Virus record (IMG/VR): IMGVR_UViG_3300030339_000028
Length of the DNA: 64,000 nt
Reading direction: 5' to 3' (one strand)
Origin: an uncultured virus (IMG/VR IMGVR_UViG_3300030339_000028)
Taxonomy: Duplodnaviria; Heunggongvirae; Uroviricota; Caudoviricetes
A model generated the notes under the pieces. That model did not search any database. It was not told the DNA's origin and worked only from the letters and a program-made list of their open reading frames with translations. Below, piece after piece: positions 58,965 through 64,000 of this stretch (its first letter is position 1; every line of letters starts with the position of its first letter). The position numbers and the translations under genes were made by a program.

Positions 58965-61682
58965 TTATTTTTGGTAAGATTTAATAAGTTCCATTAGTAA
59001 GGATTCTGCAGGTGTACGTTTACCATCTAATATACCGTCTACAATTTGACGTTTCTTATCTAGTAAAGCTGCAATCTTTTCTTCAATTGTACCTGCTGCA
59101 ATCAATTTATAATTGGTACAGGCATTCTTTTGTCCAATCCTGTGTATTCTGTCGTCTGCTTGATCATGTACACCTGGGGTGTATTGATATTCAATTGTTG
59201 CTGTGGACCAAGCTGCGGTTAATGTTAAACCTACTCCTGCAGGATTTCCAGCAGCATCTAACATCCCAACAAATAATTTAATTCTAACGTCTGTCTGAAA
59301 TGATGTTACTGCTTTGTCTCTGTTTGATTGATTAACACCTCCATCATACCTAACAGATATCTTTGGAAATGCTGTCATTATAGCATCAATTGTCGCTGTA
59401 TGAGTACAAAACAATACAAGCTTCTCACCTGAGTCAATAAACTCTTCTATCCAAGATATAACATTAGCCATTTTACCTTTTACAGCCAATTGTTTTAAAG
59501 CATTAATCTGACCTAATGTTTCTGCATTGGAAGCTCTAATTGCTGCGGCAGTACCTTTCGTTTCACTTACCCATTTAATAAAGTTTCGTTCTGCATAAAC
59601 ATACTCAGCCCAATTGTCTAACTCAATAGGTACAAAAGCTGTCTGTTTGTCTGGCAAATCTTTTGCAACATTTACCTTCAGTCTTCTTAACATGACAGTA
59701 CTTGTCAGTTTCCTGTGCAACTCTTCAACATTAGAAGCACCTTGTACATTTGTACCCCATATAGATTTCTTAGCATCACAATAACGCTTCGTAAATACAA
59801 AATAAGAACCTAATACAGTAGGATCTATCATTGATACAGCATTGTATATTTCAATCGGTCTGTTAAGTACAGGAGTACCAGATAAACCAATAATGTGTTC
59901 TACAACTTTACCTAATTTCTTAGCAGCCTTTGTTCTTTTAGCAGCACCGTTTTTAATACAATGTACCTCATCCATTATTAGGATCTTTGGCTTAATCTTA
60001 ATCAAATAAGGTACCCAAGCTTCTAAAATGTCATAATTAAGAATAAGAATCTTTCCAGTCGTTTTGTATGGAGTTCTTCCTGTTAATACTTCTGCCTGAG
60101 AATTAGGTATCCAATTAAATGTTTCTCTTAGCCAGTTAAGTTTTAAAGAAGCAGGAACGACAATGATTGCTGTCCGAAGTTCTTTATGCAGTTGTAGGTA
60201 AGCTAAAGCCTGGACAGTATTATGTGTCAATATACAATGTTCTGTGACATATAAATGATCCTTTGTGTCTACAGAAATGCAGAAACATAAATCTGTTTTT
60301 ACATACTCTATTTTTGTGATAGCTCTTGCAGGACTGTATTTTACTTTCTCTTTACAAGAGGTTCTTTTTCTTATGCAAAAGAAAGGATTATTTCCTTTCG
60401 GCATCATTATTGTGAGTGAATGAGCTATCTTTCCTATTTTCTTGTCTCCATTTGGACAAACTTGTATTCCAGGATAGGATTTCTTTCTTGCAATACCTCC
60501 AAAAGACTCAACTAAAAAAACAACATCGTCACATAATTGTTCCGAAACAGACGTAAATTGAATAACTCCAGATTTTAAACTTGCATAACCGTCTGTATCA
60601 AGAAGTCCTCTTAATAGTTCAGCTCTTTGTTCTATAGAACCAAATTTATAATCATCAGGAATATACTTGTATTCTGAAGTAACATTTAATCTATACTTTC
60701 TGATAATGTTTTTTATTTCATTAATTTTAGACTTGTCTTTTGGATTTGTATGCACTACATGGAAATCACAATTCTCACCTTTGTCTTTTTTCAATGTGTA
60801 CCCCAATGGAAGCAGTTCGTTTCCAACTCTTTCAATAATATCAGAATCTGTGTTAGAAAAACAAACTCCTTTAGAAATACCTCCGTCACCTAATAAAGCA
60901 CCCATTGTGTATGGAGGAATAATTAATTTCCTTTCTGGAAAGTCAATTGCATCAGAAAGCATAGGTATAAAGACTAAATTAGCCTTAGATTTCTTATCTG
61001 ATTTTAATTGCATTTTCATAATTTCTTTTAATGGAAAAGTCTTACTAGGAAATCCCATCCATTTGTCTCTAGGAGAGTAAATCGTCCATAAATGGTCTTC
61101 ACAACATTCTACAGAAGTTTTATCAGAAAATGTAACCTTATACACTTTCTTATTTCCTTTATTGTAGATTCCTTTTAACTTATGAGATATTCCATCAGAT
61201 CCAAATACTTGATCTTTTAAAGAAAGATTACCTATCTGCTTCCATCCAGAAGGTGTTAGTACTTTGGTGTACCAAGGTTGTGCTTTACCCAAGCCCATCT
61301 CATCTGCAATTAAACATCTACCATTCTTAGCATCAATAAAACTAACACCAATATTTTGAAACGGTCTTAACGTCCCTTTTAATCCTGGTATTTTAATTTC
61401 CTTGACATCTGTGATAGATACTTTTGAGCGATCTAGGATAGCTTGTAAATTAGAATCAAGTTTAAATCCCCATTCTGCTAGAAGTTCCAATGAAGGAACA
61501 TCTACAGGACATGTCCAGTATTTACCTTCTGGATAGTATTTTCGTTCCCTTAAACCTCGTACCCTATTAAGGTCTTCTTGGTTGTAGGGAAACTCAATTC
61601 TACAAACAGGTGTACCGTTTTTAAGCTCTGCTAGTTTCACAGCTTTTTCAGCGTTACTTTTTGTAGGAGTACTGTTATACAT
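58965..61682 (-). CDS. SNF2/SMARCAL1-like helicase interrupted by an intein
   Basis: LRPFQ, LIADEMGLGK|T, VVPASLKLNW, MDEVH, LSGTP..NRP.E, GVGLTLT and QADDRIHRIGQ. Confidence 0.9.
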   Translation of the reverse strand: MYNSTPTKSNAEKAVKLAELKNGTPVCRIEFPYNQEDLNRVRGLRERKYYPEGKYWTCPVDVPSLELLAEWGFKLDSNLQAILDRSKVSITDVKEIKIPGLKGTLRPFQNIGVSFIDAKNGRCLIADEMGLGKAQPWYTKVLTPSGWKQIGNLSLKDQVFGSDGISHKLKGIYNKGNKKVYKVTFSDKTSVECCEDHLWTIYSPRDKWMGFPSKTFPLKEIMKMQLKSDKKSKANLVFIPMLSDAIDFPERKLIIPPYTMGALLGDGGISKGVCFSNTDSDIIERVGNELLPLGYTLKKDKGENCDFHVVHTNPKDKSKINEIKNIIRKYRLNVTSEYKYIPDDYKFGSIEQRAELLRGLLDTDGYASLKSGVIQFTSVSEQLCDDVVFLVESFGGIARKKSYPGIQVCPNGDKKIGKIAHSLTIMMPKGNNPFFCIRKRTSCKEKVKYSPARAITKIEYVKTDLCFCISVDTKDHLYVTEHCILTHNTVQALAYLQLHKELRTAIIVVPASLKLNWLRETFNWIPNSQAEVLTGRTPYKTTGKILILNYDILEAWVPYLIKIKPKILIMDEVHCIKNGAAKRTKAAKKLGKVVEHIIGLSGTPVLNRPIEIYNAVSMIDPTVLGSYFVFTKRYCDAKKSIWGTNVQGASNVEELHRKLTSTVMLRRLKVNVAKDLPDKQTAFVPIELDNWAEYVYAERNFIKWVSETKGTAAAIRASNAETLGQINALKQLAVKGKMANVISWIEEFIDSGEKLVLFCTHTATIDAIMTAFPKISVRYDGGVNQSNRDKAVTSFQTDVRIKLFVGMLDAAGNPAGVGLTLTAAWSTATIEYQYTPGVHDQADDRIHRIGQKNACTNYKLIAAGTIEEKIAALLDKKRQIVDGILDGKRTPAESLLMELIKSYQK
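60219..61283 (-). mobile_element. Intein (355 aa, Ala1, class 3-like) with LAGLIDADG endonuclease
   Basis: Inserted in Walker A GLGK|T; AQPW start, CCEDHLW, MGALLGDG, LRGLLDTDG, CFCISVD and ILTHN end. Confidence 0.9.
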
Positions 61683-61954
61683 TTTTATAAAATTAGTGTT
61701 GAATTCAGCAGAAAAACGTGCTGAAATTTAACTTGTTATTCCTTGTTAAACTTGTTATTGTATTCTAACTTTCTACCATTTAAAATAATAGGTTCTATTA
61801 CTTGCATTGTACCAGAAATAGTTAGTATTCTTCATGGAAGGGTAATACCTTTGATATCTTCTTTTACCATTGTTGTAATCTTTACTTGAGACACAGGAAA
61901 AAAGAAACAAAAATAAAATCAAGATGATACATTTTTTCATTTTCTAAATATTAA

Positions 61955-63887
61955 TTATTGAACACATATCGCAGGACGTATAAGTTTACCGCCGCGTATT
62001 AAAATATTCTCTTCAGTCAATTCATAAACAAGTACAACACCTGAGATGTCATATACATTGCATGAACATTTCTCAAACAAATCAGAAACATACATTGCAC
62101 CTGATAATGTCTGATTTCTATAGCATCCTTCATCTGCATATCTGATGCAGCAATGAGCAACAGGATTCTCTCCTGGAGTAGGATCCCATACTGTGGCAAA
62201 TGTTTCTCTTGACATAATCAGAATAGGTTAATGATAAATTTAACAACTAAAGGAATCAATGTCTCTCCTGCCATTATCACAAAAAGTACAACAATAGCCA
62301 AGAACATAATTCCTACATATTTCCAAAATAATTTAATGTCGTTTCTCATTAGTCTTGAGTATATCGTAAAACACAAACTAAACCAACTTTTGCATCATGA
62401 GGACTGTTATCAAAATCTTCGTCTTCCTCATCTCTTTGAGAAGGCATTCCTAATCCTGATCTGCTGTAAGCTTCTTTGATAGGAATACATGTAACTACTT
62501 CTGCAATAGGAACTAATTGTTCAGTGTTATGATAGTCTCCATAATTGGAACTAGACCAAACATCAATATCTCCAAAGTTTCTTCTGATGTCTTTTAACTC
62601 ATCAATCAATTCTGTAATAGTTAGTGTCATAATATTAGTTTTAATTATGTTGATTAATACAGTTTTGAATTCTCTTTGTAAAAATAACATCTGAAGGATA
62701 TGCTCCGTTAGAGTCAAGCACACCGATGTTCTTTAGATAAGTTTCAATTGAGGACTGCAAATGTAATTCATTCCAGTCTAATGTGTCTTTATTGTCTAAC
62801 CAGTATAATGTATTTATCAAACAGCATACAATGGTAGTGACACCTACGGAGAGAACTAATTTCTTTTTAGCCATTTTTGTAAGTTTTTATCAATTTATAC
62901 CGACAAAACCCCCTACCCTTTCGAGTAGGAGGCAAACCATAAAGGAAAACTTACGGAAAACCGTTATGGTTTAATGTCTAATTTCTTTTCGTACAAGTAA
63001 ATAATGTCTCCTATAGATACAAGTAAATACTCATAATCGTCAGCCATGTCGGCAATGTACTCTTCTGCTTCTTCAAAAGTCTCAAAAGCAGTCTCATCAT
63101 TTAATGAGTCCCATACTTTTTTCCAACCTAAGTCATCTTCGAGAATTGTTATTTTGTTCATACCTTTATTATTGAGGGTTTACAATCAAAGTAAATAGCA
63201 ATACCTGGAGGTGTTCTAAATCCTCCGTCAGTGTATTCCACTTTAAGTACATGAGGTAATTTTTCAACCTTAGCTTCTCTCTTTTTGTGAGCTGTGCCGT
63301 AAGGAGTCAATTTTAACCTGTACCTGTCTGGATGTTTCTTTGTCGGACATTTGTCCACATACGAGGTAGAGAAATTAGTCTCTAGGAGACCTTCAATCGC
63401 TATTCTGATAGGATTAATGTTTGCCATAATTATTGAGGTTTTTCACAAATGATGTAATCAACGTCTAACTCCCCGCAAAGATCGTCTCCTGTTAGTTTTG
63501 CATCTGCATAAGATCCAAACCATGCAGTATTACAATCATCTAGCATTAAAGGCTCTGCCTGAAATTGCTCGGGAGTTTCATTAAATTGGATAATAAAGTA
63601 AGATCTGCTCATAGTCACCATCCTTTATTTAAAATGTGTGTCTCAATAATTACTCTAGTCTTACATGGAGTTCCGTCTGTGCTGAGTAAGTCATAATCAA
63701 AATGATCGGGATTGTACACATCTGCAGTCCAATTCCATCCTTTGTTAATCTTAAATGATTGTTCGATAGCAAGTAAAGCAGTTTTTCGGGAAGAGAAGAC
63801 ACCGTATGTCTCCCACCACACAAACCCTTCTGTAGAAGAAGTTCTCCTCATGGAGGATTTCACAACATAGATTTTCTGTCGTTTCAT
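61955..63887 (-). other. Array of small hypothetical early-type genes
   Basis: Consecutive 60-125-aa minus-strand ORFs (61955, 62349, 62641, 62964, 63158, 63430, 63615) without recognisable motifs. Confidence 0.55.
62905..62932 (-). terminator. Intrinsic terminator with GAAA tetraloop
   Basis: CCTCCTACTC-GAAA-GGGTAGGGGG-TTTT. Confidence 0.7.
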
Positions 63888-64000
63888 ATTCAGTAAGTTT
63901 ATAAAAATACAAAGTAATTAATAAGTTTTAGAACTCCAAACTGATTGCAAAAATAAATTTAGAGTAAAGTGTCTACGTTATGGAACGCAAGAATAAAGAA

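Overview
Most of a tailed dsDNA phage genome (siphovirus-type, AT-rich), very probably infecting Bacteroidota. The host call rests on a TTTG-N20-TAnnTTTG promoter, a DUF5675-type endolysin, FISUMP/FN3/DUF1566 tail modules and a Bacteroidota-style tmRNA. The + strand (1-25.9 kb) carries the virion and lysis genes: portal, head, a glycosyltransferase/sulfotransferase trio inside the head module, neck, tail with a -1 frameshifted chaperone, receptor-binding proteins and lysis. The - strand (25.9-63.9 kb) carries recombination and replication genes: split SbcC with SbcD, RuvC, RecA, SSB, clamp loader, split UDG-exo/PolA, beta clamp, helicase, initiator, primase and an intein-containing SNF2. Main highlights: (1) a 7-deazaguanine DNA-modification cluster (queD, queE, folE, DpdL-like T-fold, dpdA-like) with a B12-type radical SAM enzyme and a GT-B glycosyltransferase inserted in it and no queC in the window, suggesting an undescribed hypermodified base; (2) an ncRNA cassette with a circularly permuted two-piece tmRNA and two oversized atypical tRNA-like RNAs; (3) a shared N-terminal M[EI]RxR tag on eight unrelated proteins; (4) a Tat-signal-bearing tail-tube paralogue; (5) permuted or split domains in the tail proteins. 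No terminase, integrase, CRISPR array or reverse transcriptase is visible. All family calls come from motif recognition by eye, not database searches.
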